From positions 1 through 64,000 of the forward strand of contig RBZT01000734.1 in the NCBI GenBank assembly GCA_003693705.1: a stretch of 64,000 bases of DNA, written 5' to 3'. A model generated the notes under the pieces. That model did not search any database and was not told the DNA's origin. It saw only the letters and a program-made list of their open reading frames with translations. Of this stretch, positions 29,279-46,000 are shown piece by piece; positions within the stretch are counted from its first letter, which is position 1, and every line of letters starts with the position of its first letter. Made by a program: the position numbers and the translations under genes. Source of the DNA: Polymyxa betae A26-41 (lineage: Eukaryota > Protista > Endomyxa: Phytomyxea).

Positions 29279-29573
29279 ATATAATTATTCCCTATATATA
29301 TTGTACATACTCTCATAGATTCCAACCATACCTACACCTTAAATATACATCTCGTTAATGCATAACTTTCTCCTACCACAGCCTGCGAATGTAGCTGTAC
29401 AGTATTCTCTCCACATTTGCTTCGATCGATCTAGTTAGAGGTCGATGAGAAATTGCGTTTTTGCGAAAATTTTGAAAGAGAGTCGGGCATGATCTTGTTC
29501 GTGTAGCGTAAACCCGCAGGCAGAGAGGACATTGTCCTTGTAATCTGGGCGAAGGCTCATTAACTGTTTTGAC

Positions 29574-34402
<4,829 letters not shown>

Positions 34403-34520
34403 CTCAGTCTGCATTATTCCTGCTTATTATTCTTTCAACAGCAGCGTTCTGTTGATGATGCATCGATATAATGGTTTAACTGTAAAAACACTATGGATAA
34501 TTAACAGCTCAGTTTTATTC

Positions 34521-35711
34521 CTAAACGAATCCACCAATAAGTGCATTGCTCTTGTAGGCTTGATCTGTTTGTCTTTCGTCGAACGACTTTGTTGTGGTTG
34601 AGGCTGCTTTCTTGGCGGCGCTGTTTACGATCCCGGCTTCGGCTGAACGATCATGGCCCTTGCTGAATTTTGCGGCGGCTTGACCAGAGCTTGCTTCCCC
34701 AGCAAGAGCACCGTTTGCTAGAGCAACATTCTGTTCTTGCGAGCCTGTCGCCCAAGAAGCATCCAGCGCCTTCATGTTCGCTGCATTAACGGCCCTGGTT
34801 TCTTCAGAATCGGCATGCTGTAATCCACCCTGTGCTGATGCCAAATGTCGTGCAGCTACCGCTCGTCCAGCCGATGCCCCAGCAGGTCCCACCAGAATCG
34901 CGTCGTTCGCTCCAGTCTGTGCAGTTAGCTGTTTGTTGAAGCCTTCGTTCACGACGTTGGCATTGCGGTTGGCCATGACATTGTTCTTGGCAGTGGTGAT
35001 ACCCCGATTACGACTCTCGGCAAACTGTGCCGCCTGCATACCATCGGTTCCAATCGTAGCACCATACGGAGCTCCAATGCTTTCTCCCAGCGTCACGGCA
35101 GATGCAGCGTCTCGGGAAGAAACACCTCGATCAAACTGATCAGAGATGAACGACTCTTCGGCCAAATGTTGATCGACGTGGTCGGCATCAGATATCGCCT
35201 GCTCGCGACCTTGCAGCATGTTCTGGTATGATGACCCGGCTCCAACCACAGGGCCACCAATCATCGATTCAGAAGCAGCGATACCTTGAACGACGCCCGT
35301 ATCCAGCGCCGAATTCGCCTGGTGTCCATTCTGCTTGACAAGGCGCGAGTTCGAGTTGATTAACGCCCCGCGATTGAATTCGTTAGTGAGCGCTTTTGTT
35401 TTCACCCCTGAAGTGCCGGCACTTGGACCGAATGGGCTAAACCCAGCGCCGATATTTGCCTGCTCGGTTGCAGCGCCAGCGGTACTGGACTGGTCGAATG
35501 AAGCGATGTTCGTGTTGCTATCAAGCTGGTCCACGTTTTCGTTGTTTACAGTGCTAAACCCTTTTCGGAATCGATCGAATTGCATCTCTTTCATGCGGCC
35601 AGCGCTGCCAGGAATGAACAAGGGATTGGCCAGGATGGCCGGCGCCAGCACCAAGAAGGTGATGACGATTGTGAGCTGCTTGCATCTAACGCTTGTCTGG
35701 ACCGATTTCAT
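34521..35711 (-). CDS. Putative secreted Ala/Gly/Ser/Asn-rich repeat protein, 396 aa, intronless
   Basis: N-terminal hydrophobic signal (LTIVITFLVLAPAILA|NP); mature part has no Cys and no TM segment; degenerate internal repeats. Confidence 0.75.
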   Translation of the reverse strand: MKSVQTSVRCKQLTIVITFLVLAPAILANPLFIPGSAGRMKEMQFDRFRKGFSTVNNENVDQLDSNTNIASFDQSSTAGAATEQANIGAGFSPFGPSAGTSGVKTKALTNEFNRGALINSNSRLVKQNGHQANSALDTGVVQGIAASESMIGGPVVGAGSSYQNMLQGREQAISDADHVDQHLAEESFISDQFDRGVSSRDAASAVTLGESIGAPYGATIGTDGMQAAQFAESRNRGITTAKNNVMANRNANVVNEGFNKQLTAQTGANDAILVGPAGASAGRAVAARHLASAQGGLQHADSEETRAVNAANMKALDASWATGSQEQNVALANGALAGEASSGQAAAKFSKGHDRSAEAGIVNSAAKKAASTTTKSFDERQTDQAYKSNALIGGFV

Positions 35712-35761
35712 GGATACAGTTGATGTTATGATTACAGAGGATCAAAATTGGAATGATTCTC

Positions 35762-36030
35762 TTAGCAGAGGATCTTGTCTTCATATAGCAGACGACATCA
35801 CTCTTTCCACTAGTTTACATGAGGTCTACCTCGTCTGTGATCATTGACCGAACTCCATTAGCAGAGGGTCCCGCCTTATTATGTTACTCATTTCTTGCCA
35901 CTATCTGATAACATGAGGTAGACATCGTCTGTTATCTTTGACCGAACTCCATTAACAGAGGGTCCCGCCTTATTACGTCCCTCACTCTTGTCAGTATATG
36001 ATTATATGAGGTAGACCTCGTTCATTAACA
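35762..36030. repeat. Tandem repeat, ~94-bp unit, about 3 copies
   Basis: A(C/T)ATGAGGT recurs at 35817, 35911 and 36004. TTGACCGAACTCCATTA(G/A)CAGAGGGTCCCGCCTTATTA occurs near 35844 and 35938. Confidence 0.85.
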
Positions 36031-36429
36031 GTCTTCGAGCACCATTTGTCGAGAAGGTCCGATTACTAGACTCCCTCAATCAACCTTCACCTGACGACAT
36101 CGACCACGAAGTCGATTGATGGCCAAACCCGGAGCTCAAATATTTGGCTCAACGCCCTCTCTGTATGATAATGGTTGATCGTCTTCATCACGAATTTCGA
36201 GCACGGCACGGAAGCAAATTGGCAGCATTAAAGTAGTGAAATATATCTTGACCAAACGCAGGCATGGCATAGAGCTGACTCTAGTTTGAAGCTTGCGAAA
36301 CACAAGAACTGACCGAACTATTATTCCCATCGTAGGCTGCTGAAGGCTCATGGGTGATGAGAAAGCTAATCAAGATTCGGTTTTGACGCAGGAAGCAACA
36401 CCGGCCTGACTTTATATAAGGTTTTAATT

Positions 36430-38021
36430 TCAAGGAGCATCAGCAGATTCTGATGCAGATGCCCGGGGTGCGACAATCAAAACAGAATGTTGGGCGCCAG
36501 CACCACAAGCCACAACGTCGTTGCCATCTAGTTGCTGTCCTCCGACCTTCTCGAACGTGTTCCTGTCCTCGGCCTGGCCATTACCCAGCTGCAACATTTC
36601 ACCGAACCCGCACGAATACGCCTCCCCTGATCTGGAGACCGCCAACGAATGTGTGCTGCCGCAGGCGATATCGACAATGTTTTCCAATCCAGGAACCACC
36701 GTTGGCACGTTGCGTCCGTCTAGATCGCCCATACCCAGCTAAAACTTGAAATTAACAAACAAACTGCAAAAACAGAAAAACCAATTCCAAGTTGACAAAA
36801 CACGCTCGATAAACAGATACCTCTCCGTAATTATTTCTTCCAAACGAGAGGACATGACCATCTGCAAGCAGAGCCAATGAATGATGAAGACCACCAGCGA
36901 GCTTCACGACATCTCGTCCGCGAACACCAACAACTTCTTCAGGTTTATGCAGCTGCTCTTTCTTCTTGCCATCAATACCCGACTGGCCGTACTGGTTCAT
37001 ACCGAACGCGTACACCTTGCCGGTCGCTGTCACAGCAAAGCTCTGATAGGCACCGGCGAAGATTTTCACCACCTTCCCGATACTACGAACATTGACGAGA
37101 CGTGGCTGTAGCAGGTTCATGCGATGATGGCGGGCGACGCGCTGCCCGATTCGAATATGTCCCCATTCATAGATGTGACCGTTCTCCAATAACACCAGCG
37201 AATGGTTCACACCGGATGCGATATCGATGACCTTCTTTCCCTGCAGGAAGACGGGGATCGGCGTCTCGCATGGCTCGCCAGTATTCGGATTGAATCCCAT
37301 CATGCCATTCGTATCACGATAAGCACCCCAGGTATAAACACGTCCATCCACACCCAGCGCCATCGAATGCGAATCGCCGGCTGTTGCTTTGATGGCAGGG
37401 ACCGGCATGTCGACCTTCCCAGGGATCCATTCGTCGCCGGAACGCCCCAGCGCTTTCTCGTCGTTACAGCCCCAAGACCAGACGTCGCCGTCAGTGGTGA
37501 CGGCGATATTGTGCAGACCGCCGCAAGCGATCGAGACGATGCGATCGTTGAGGTCGACCGGTGTCGGGAACTTCCTCTCGGTGCGATCTTCGGTGAGCCC
37601 TGGCAAGCATGAATGAAGGAGGAAGGCAGCGATAATGAGACAAACCAAGCTGTGCACATTCGCCGGTCCCGAAAACGAGAACACGACCACAACGAGCTCG
37701 TTTTAACGACGATAGGTCGAGGTCGTGCTCCGCCTTGCGCTTCAATGAAAGCGGCTTCATGGCGGCGACCAGGCCCTTCTCAGCGTCAAGAGTCCCATCA
37801 AGCTGATTATCGTCGGATTCCGACGATGATCCCTTCGATGCGTCTACAATGGATTCGTCGTCCTGCGACTGTCGGAGACGACGAGCTGTTTGGGCGAACC
37901 GACCTCTGCGCTTCGGCAATTCTGGAGATGTTGCCTTGACCGAGCCAGCATCGGCAGAATGATCATCGACGGGCTGGTCGGGCTGCTGTTTGGGAGGTCG
38001 ACCCCGACGTTTTGGTGGCAT
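36430..38021 (-). CDS. RCC1: Regulator of chromosome condensation RCC1 (Ran GEF), multi-exon
   Basis: MPPKRRGRPPK N-terminus; VLVFGTGECAQLG; IACGGLHNIAV..VWSWGCNDEKALGR; TAGDSHSMAL..VYTWGAYRD; AGGLHHSLAL; GAGAQHSVLIV. Confidence 0.9.
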
Positions 38022-38488
38022 CTTGGCGCGACAATCGACTTTTTCAACTAAAATTTGAAAAAATCGCGACCAACATGTTCGCGCAAACAATTTTTCGGAA
38101 AATATTTCGACTTCTGTGGTTTTTGTAAATCTTCGGTTGATTCTGTGAGGTCGTATTAGCAGATTCGAATCGACTGCTAATTTCTTATAAATAGTAAGTT
38201 GTATTAGGTCCCCAGGAAAGATTATATCTGGAGTCGGAAATAAACGCCTAATATTTAAGGCAGCACAAATATACGTTCATAAAGAGCTTGGCACTCTGAC
38301 TCATACAAATCAAAACGATTGAATAAAGGTGCCCTTAGACAGACCGTTACAAGTTTTCGAATGAAGTCGTCGCTGGATCGGGGATATTAAGCGCTGATGA
38401 ATATATTGAGAAATGCGCGACGGACTGCGCCGCGGTCCCCAGCGCGCTTCTCCTTCAGCTCGTCACCCTCTCTCTCCATCCGTTAACA

Positions 38489-39677
38489 ATGTCGGCCGCC
38501 GCTCGCCCGCTCGTCTCTGTCTATGGCTCGTCGACGCCGATCGTGATGCCAGCCGTCCTGCTGGCCCCGATCCGTGCTGATCTGGTCCATTCCGTCCACA
38601 CGAACATGGCCAAGAACCACCGCCAGCCATACGCCGTCTCTGGCAAGGCTGGTATGCAACACAGCGCTGAATCCTGGGGAACCGGTCGTGCCGTCTCCCG
38701 AATTCCTCGTGTTAGCGGCAGCGGTACCCACCGAGCCGGCCAGGGTGCTTTCGGTAACATGTGCCGAAAGGGTCGTATGTTCGCCCCGACCAAGACCTAC
38801 CGCCGCTGGCACCGTAAGATCAGCACCGGCCAGCGCCGCTACGCTGTCGCCTCAGCCCTGGCTGCCAGCGCCATCCCGTCTCTGGTCATTGCCCGTGGTC
38901 ACCGCGTCATGCAGATGAAGGAAATCCCGGCCGTTGTCGCCGGTATTGAGTCGGTCAGCAAGACTGCCAAGGCTGTCGAGCTCCTGAAGTCGATCGGCGC
39001 CTATGTCGATGTTGAGAAGTCGAAAGACTCGAAACAGATTCGAACTGGAAAAGGAAAGATGCGTAACCGTCGTTATACTCTTCGTCGTGGTCCTCTCGTT
39101 GTTTATAACAAGGATGAGGGTGTCACCCGTGCCTTCCGTAACCTGCCTGGTGTCGATATCCAGCAGGTCGACCGCCTCAACCTTCTGGAGCTCGCTCCGG
39201 GTGGTCACCTTGGCCGGTTCATCATCTGGTCGGAGGAGGCGTTCAAGCGCCTGGACGATATCTTCGGCACCCAGAAGAAGATGTCCCAGACTCGCTCGAA
39301 CTGGCGCCTGCCTCGCCCGATGGTAATTTTTCAAACTCAGCCTCCTGCAGAACTCTGAATCCCTTGATCAGGTCACTAACACCGACATCAGCCGTATCAT
39401 CAACAGCAGCGAAGTCCAAGCTGTCGTTCGCCCTGTTCAGCGCCAGAAGCGTGTCTGGACCATGAAGAAGAACCCGCTCAAGAACTTGGGCGCCATGGTC
39501 AAGCTGAACCCTTACGCCCTCACCATGAAGCGTAACGAGATCAAGACCTCGAACGCCAACAAAGAGGCCAAGGCCGCTGGTGTCAAGACCGCCGCCCAGA
39601 AGAAGGTCGCCGCTATCAAGAAGAAGAAGGACTCGATCAAGAAGAAGTTCTACAACAATGTCCTCATTGGTGCCTAA
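38489..39677 (+). CDS. RPL4: 60S ribosomal protein L4 (uL4); one intron ~39323-39371
   Basis: [44 protein letters not shown]; [18 protein letters not shown]; [18 protein letters not shown]. Confidence 0.99.
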
Positions 39678-40002
39678 GTTTCTTCTCTCATAAACTCTCT
39701 AGCTTTGATGAGCATTATTTTTCCTAAATCTTTTTCGATTCTGGCTCGCGTGTTTGTTTCTCAAAATGTGATATCTGTAACCAACCTCCATAACGAGACG
39801 TGACCTATCAGTAATTTTTTAATATTGTTTAAATTGAGATTCCGGATTAATAGTTGAACATTGATTGAATTCCCCATCTTAATCGTTCTTTGCAGATTAA
39901 AGATTTGATCCTTGCTGCAATTTCTGTATTGTTTTGCCAGATGTCATAGAAAGGTTTCTTTATAAATATTGTATATATGCTACTATTACTTGCAGATAAG
40001 GT

Positions 40003-43000
40003 TTAGACGACGGTATCGTCGCCATCATGATTGTCCTTTGATTTGCCGACAGCATCGGAACCTTTTTCTGAGCTGTCCTCCCATAAGGGAACAATTTTGT
40101 TCGACAATGCCTGAAGTAATGATGATTTCCGCTTGGGTCTCGTTCCTATCAATTCCCTATTTATGTTGTTATCTGAGCTTGCGGTAGGCGACGTGAGCGC
40201 ATCTGTCGACCCGTTTAGAGATTTCCTGGGTTTCAGCACATTAGGAAACAGTGGAGCTATTATGGGTTTCTCTTCTGTTTCAAAATCGGAGCTCGTCAGC
40301 TGCGATTCCTTCGGCCCTGCTTCATGTGGATCGTGTTGATTCGAATTACGACTACGTTGGTCGCACTCGTCAACTACATCTAAATTCGAGTGTTGGCCCT
40401 TGAATTTCTGGGCCTGTTTGGTCAGCTTTCGTGCCATTCCCGCCACCATAATCGTTGATTTCAGGCTTTTGGAGTCGCTTGAGTCCTTGTCCTAGATAGA
40501 AGTCATCGATGGAATATAAGGAAATTAGCTTGCTGACATCGCTATATTGCTTAGGGAATGGATCACCCTTAACACGAACAAAGTAAGTTGACTCGTTCGG
40601 TATTAATTGACGGCTCTTAGCGAATGCGAACCGAATCGTAGGCTTGTCTGGTTTTTGTAGCAATCGTTTCACATCGGACGAGCAATGTACAAGTTTCTCA
40701 GGACAGGAGAACGCCAGCTGTGCCGCGAGATCAACCTGAACAGGATTAGATATTCATTGAAAACAACAAATGAATCAACTAAGAATGCAACTATCGAAAA
40801 ATAAAAAAGGAGCACAAAAAGAAATGGAAAACTGGAACTTGTGAAACAGATATTTACTGTGATGCCATAAATGCTATGTCGAAGAGATGATCCAGGAAGA
40901 ACAGCAGACAGGACACCCCCAACCGCTACTCCACAAGCGACCGAAAGAATGCCATTGTCCAAGCCAAGCTCGTTCTCGACTTCGGAGCTAGCACGAGCCA
41001 ACTCCAATGCCGCCTGGAACAAATACTCAGAGCTAGCGTGACGAGCTCTGATGCAAATACCTGAACTGCATGGGTGACTCGTGTAATTGGTCCCTGACCA
41101 GGACCAGCTCCTGTTTCATTATCTGGGTCGGATTCGAACTCTTCTTGAGCATGACGGAAACCACAAACGAAAACGTACGATGATCCACCGCTGATTGCAT
41201 TTAGAAAAAGATATTCACAAAGTCACACAATTAACAGAACGATAGGGCAAACGAAGAAAAAAACAAGAAATGATTGGAAGAATGGTGTGAAGTATGAAAC
41301 TTATTATTTACCTCAATAGATTCATGCATGAATGCTGCTGACAGATAGAATTGAACCTTTCAAACAGCTTAGAGATGACCGTTACTGATTCATGTGGTGA
41401 CGATCGATAGCGATTCAGAAAGTCGGACAGGTGAGAGAACTCGATCTGCCCCACAGCGACATTATTGCAGAGCCAGCCTTGAGGTTCGAATGACATGTCA
41501 AGCTTGGCAGCAACAGGGCGCGGAACCAGGCGTGGTAGCAGTCGATGAACAGTACGACGATGCTGATTGCCGGCCCATTCCAGAAAGAACAAACGCCGAA
41601 CATTGACTTCTCGGTCGTAACAGACGATCAACTGGCCAGCTAGTACCAGAGAGAATAGGAGAGCGGCTATCATGGTCTCGGGGAACAGAATCTCGTTTAG
41701 AGCGAATGTATTGATGATAAAAACGACCATGAAGACCAGCCCTAAACCACCAAATTCAGATTGGCAAGAAATTTTAACTCAAGCTATGGTGTGATGGGTT
41801 ATAACGTTGGGACAAAAGACAAATCGGTTCTTGTAAGCAAATAGCCCATCGCTCAAGATGTCGGTGAGTCAAAAGATTCGTACCAATCAGCAAAGAGTCT
41901 GTGTACGCCAGGGCCTGATTCTGTAATGTTGCGGTCACGAACACGATCGCAAGGCAAGTTGTGGACGGATTCGGGACTAAATCGTGGTTTCGCGATGTCA
42001 GCATTGCCTGGATTCCAAAAGTCTGCGACAGGTGAGTTAAAATGATAAAACAATTCTCTGACTAACATTGATTGCTTGTAAGCCCAGCCGGAACAGTAAC
42101 AAAGCTGCAGTACAGTGATGCTGCTCAAGAAAATGATTGAGCCGGCCACTCCAGATCGGCGACTGTATCAGAAAGCTAAGCGCTGAAGAGATGATTAAGT
42201 ACAAAACCACAACAGCGAATCCAGCAGGGTCAAATTGGATTAGAATGAGGTTAAGCAGCTCCCAGACCCCAGCCATGATTGCCTGTCGCGAAGTCAGCAT
42301 CATTGATTATGCCATGAGCACCGAATTACTGGATCGTAACCACGGGTCAGGTTCTGGAGAAGTTTATGCTCTCGAAAGCGTTGGTAGTCGCGCTCGAGCT
42401 CTTCCCTTAGTCGAGTTCAAAAACTGAAAACGTAGATTGCATCTCTTATCGCTAAACTACAAATTTTCAAAAGACACAACTCCACAGATTAAACAAGCGA
42501 AACCTGCGCTTGATAAACACAAATACGAATTAGCTCAAAAGCAACAAAACTACTGACCATGGCACCGATAACCCAGATGTCGTCTGCAGTTCTGCAATAT
42601 CAAACTTTAAAGTACGCGTAAGCGGAACAAGTAATTCAGCAAGATGAGCCTAACAGCGATTAGCCCCGGCCTGATTTGCATCAACTGTAAAACTAACGTC
42701 TTGCTGCTCAACACGGATTCGCCCGCCCAGATGTCTCACATAACTTTTAGCATTGGTGATACGTTCAAGATCATCTCGTTCTTGTTTGATTGAGTTGGTG
42801 AGGTGGTAGAACTGATTACCGTGAAATGATGAGATCTGCAACAATGAGCGATTAGAAGTATTTTCTAAATCCCTCTCGCCTATTGGATGTCAGGATCAGA
42901 GGGCAGTTTAACAAGGGACATTACTTGTCGTGAGAAGGTAAACGTCATTGGAGTTGAGGAATGGAATGGTCGGATCGGAAACATGACAAAGTTTGTTCTT

Positions 43001-46000
43001 TGCGCGAAGGCAATTGCCGAAGTCGAGCGCCTGCTGTACTGTCATGGCCAATCCGGCATCTAGCATGAACGTGACTGCTTCAGATCCCAAGAAAGTTCCC
43101 GAATACTGCCTTCCTATAGAACGATTAGCGCTATGCTCCGAGGGCAAACAGTAGAAAGGTTCCAATCCGATTCAAAAGATGCAATTTGAGAACTAAACCT
43201 GGATTGATGATAATCCCAAAAAAGATAACACATTAGCGGAATCACTTTCGGCAGACCTCGAAATACTCTCGCTTTCAGATCGAGATTGCGGTGTAACCCC
43301 AGAGCTAGAGCATTTATATCAATGCGGTCGGCGGCGCTGAACCGGTACAGGTCGTTGTTATAGGCAAAATTGCGGCATAGACCGAACTCGTTTTGGAGAG
43401 CTGATTTCAGCACAAGATATTGACCGATCTGGATCGCATATTCACGGCTGTCTGTGACATTTTTGGCTAGCAAACAGTCCACAACGTTGATGGCAGTGAA
43501 CGTTTCCGGGTAAGATCGAAATCGGTGTTGGTTCGTCGTGGGATGGAGATTCTTCTTCAGTATATTTATCACATAAGGGACGTCAACATCACGTGAAATC
43601 CGCCACCGGTACAATTCGTCAGGTTCATCGAGAAACTCACGTCCTGATGTCACTGCATGCACAATAACATTACGCATTATTAGAGCATTCGCGATCTTAA
43701 CGCCATCGAATCGGCTCACTACGGTTTGTGATGACATCAACAGGTCAACCACTTCGCTTCCAGAGAAGCAGTTTGGGATTGTGCGAAATAATTGTTTTCG
43801 ATGTTGAACCTGCAGTTTGGACCGGAGTAAGGCTGTAATCGATGAAAACGAATCTACTTGTTCCTGCTGTAATGCAGTTTTTTCTTTATCGCTTGTCATA
43901 GAAGATTTCGACTGCGAGATGGACGTTTTTCGTTTCAGAGTACCCTCGTTCTTCGTCGAAGACGCAATAGGCTCAGCGTGGTACAAATGTCGAACAAGTT
44001 CATACGTGGCCCTTCCGATACAGACTTGGCCTTGATCTGCCAGAGTTTGTGCAATTCGGGCACCATCAATAGCTTCTCCAACAACAGTTGTATAGATCCG
44101 GGGCGGAACGATGTCATCATCTGCGACATCCCAATATGGAATCGGGCCGTGCACTAGCCGTCCTGTGTCAATTCCAATCGAAAGCGTCAACATAACACCG
44201 AACAGCAGCTGTGAAGTACGCGGGTCGCTGAGTTCAGCCAGCCGAATCGCAATGCGGCACATCTCAAGGGCGGAGTCACATTCTGGAGCGGAACCTGGCC
44301 CAATATAGGCCATGAGCAGGGCGCCATGTCCAGATGCTACACAGGAAATTTGCATGTCAGGGCGCGCTGCTGTCCGCCTCAGCGTTGTGGTGATGGTTTC
44401 ATGAATTTTTGACAGTAGGGAGACTGATTGGGCCGGTGATCGATGCTGGATTAGGTTCCCAAGCGAATCGATACCAACGACCAGGCAGGTTGCAGATGAT
44501 GACGACCGACTCGGAACGGAACCCAGAGCGGTATTAACGTAAGATCGAAACGAGGCAATTGACATGCATTGGTCAATTATGCCCAACTTTTCGCTGCGCG
44601 TATTTGAACTGATTTCCGCATTCGGTAACATGTCATCACAAACGGAGCACGATAGTACGAACAAGACACGATACCGACGACATTGAAGAAAATAGAGCCG
44701 ACGTCGACGCTCATCCAAATAGCACTGATATGCAGAAACTACAGCCAGAGAGATGTAAGCGCTGTTCAGCAGGACAATTTCGAGCGGCTGCGGACGAGCA
44801 AATAACGAGGGTGGCAGAGCGAAACAAACATTCATTAATACCAAGTCCCAAATAACTATGACTATGGCATCAGTAAAGTAGAATCGAATTGACGTCAGAA
44901 TCGCATATGGGAAAGCAACAGCGCCGAGCAATGGCATCAAATCCGGTCGAGACATCAGTTCGTTAGCTCTAATGTCAGCACGTCGTGCAAGATCACCGGG
45001 TGTCGGCCATAAAGTCAGGCATTTCAATGCGCTCAATAAAATGCATAGCAAGAAAATGCACTGGCGGGTGGAATCTGGACGGAATCGATCAAGAACCACG
45101 ATTAACAGCGAAAGCCAGGTAATAACAAAAACAGAGCGTGGAGTGCCCCAGGACTGAGCCAGCTCGACCTGGATTAGCGAGTATGCCAACAGAATAATGC
45201 CAACAATTCCTAATCGGAGACGAAGAGAAACCCAATGATTCTTTTCAGAAATATATCGGAACGAACGTTCACGTTCTTCGCATTCGGAGTAGGCACGGCG
45301 CACCTGACCGCTATCCATGTCGGATGATAACGCCGGTGTAAAGCGTAACGTCACAACAGACATGGTAACGGCATAGGATGACAGTTTTTGGTTGTGCTCT
45401 TGTCGAAAATTTGGAATTTTGATCGAAGAACTAAGACTGTCTTTATGTTCTGATGAATACCTGGATGACGACTTCGACATAGAAGGCATACGAAAAAGCA
45501 TAAATGACACTCGCGGCAACATTTTCTGAGATTCCGTCATCGGTGTTGACGCTGTTGTCTGCTGAGCCGAAAAAGAAGAGCGCGACCGCATCACTGAAAG
45601 ACGGCGAACCGATATTCCATCCGGTGTCTGCTCAACAATTGCCGAAGTGTCCGATGGTAACTTCGGCAAAGATTTCGAAAGCGATACCGATCGCGAGCGC
45701 TGTTTGATAACCTCAGGGTCCGCATTCCCAACCTGAGCGGGTTGTAATGAGGTGAGTTTTTTCCAAACATCGCCATTTAGCAGTGCAAACGTGCCATTGA
45801 AGCGATCAGCTTTGGCGCCTGCAACAATCAGCACCTGCTCGACGAAAGGAATTAGCCGTATCCGCAATGTTGTGTACATATCAGAGAATGTAACAGATGC
45901 TGTAATTGCTTTCGACAACAGAAGTTCTGTGCGTGCCTTCTTAACGTAATGCTCGAGGGCCTGTACATTCTCAGCCAGAGTCGGCGATGACAGATAGCGA

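Noticed and set aside
35762-36030. Repeat array as possible CRISPR
   Set aside because: Whole units are similar (no unique spacers), no cas genes, eukaryotic context.
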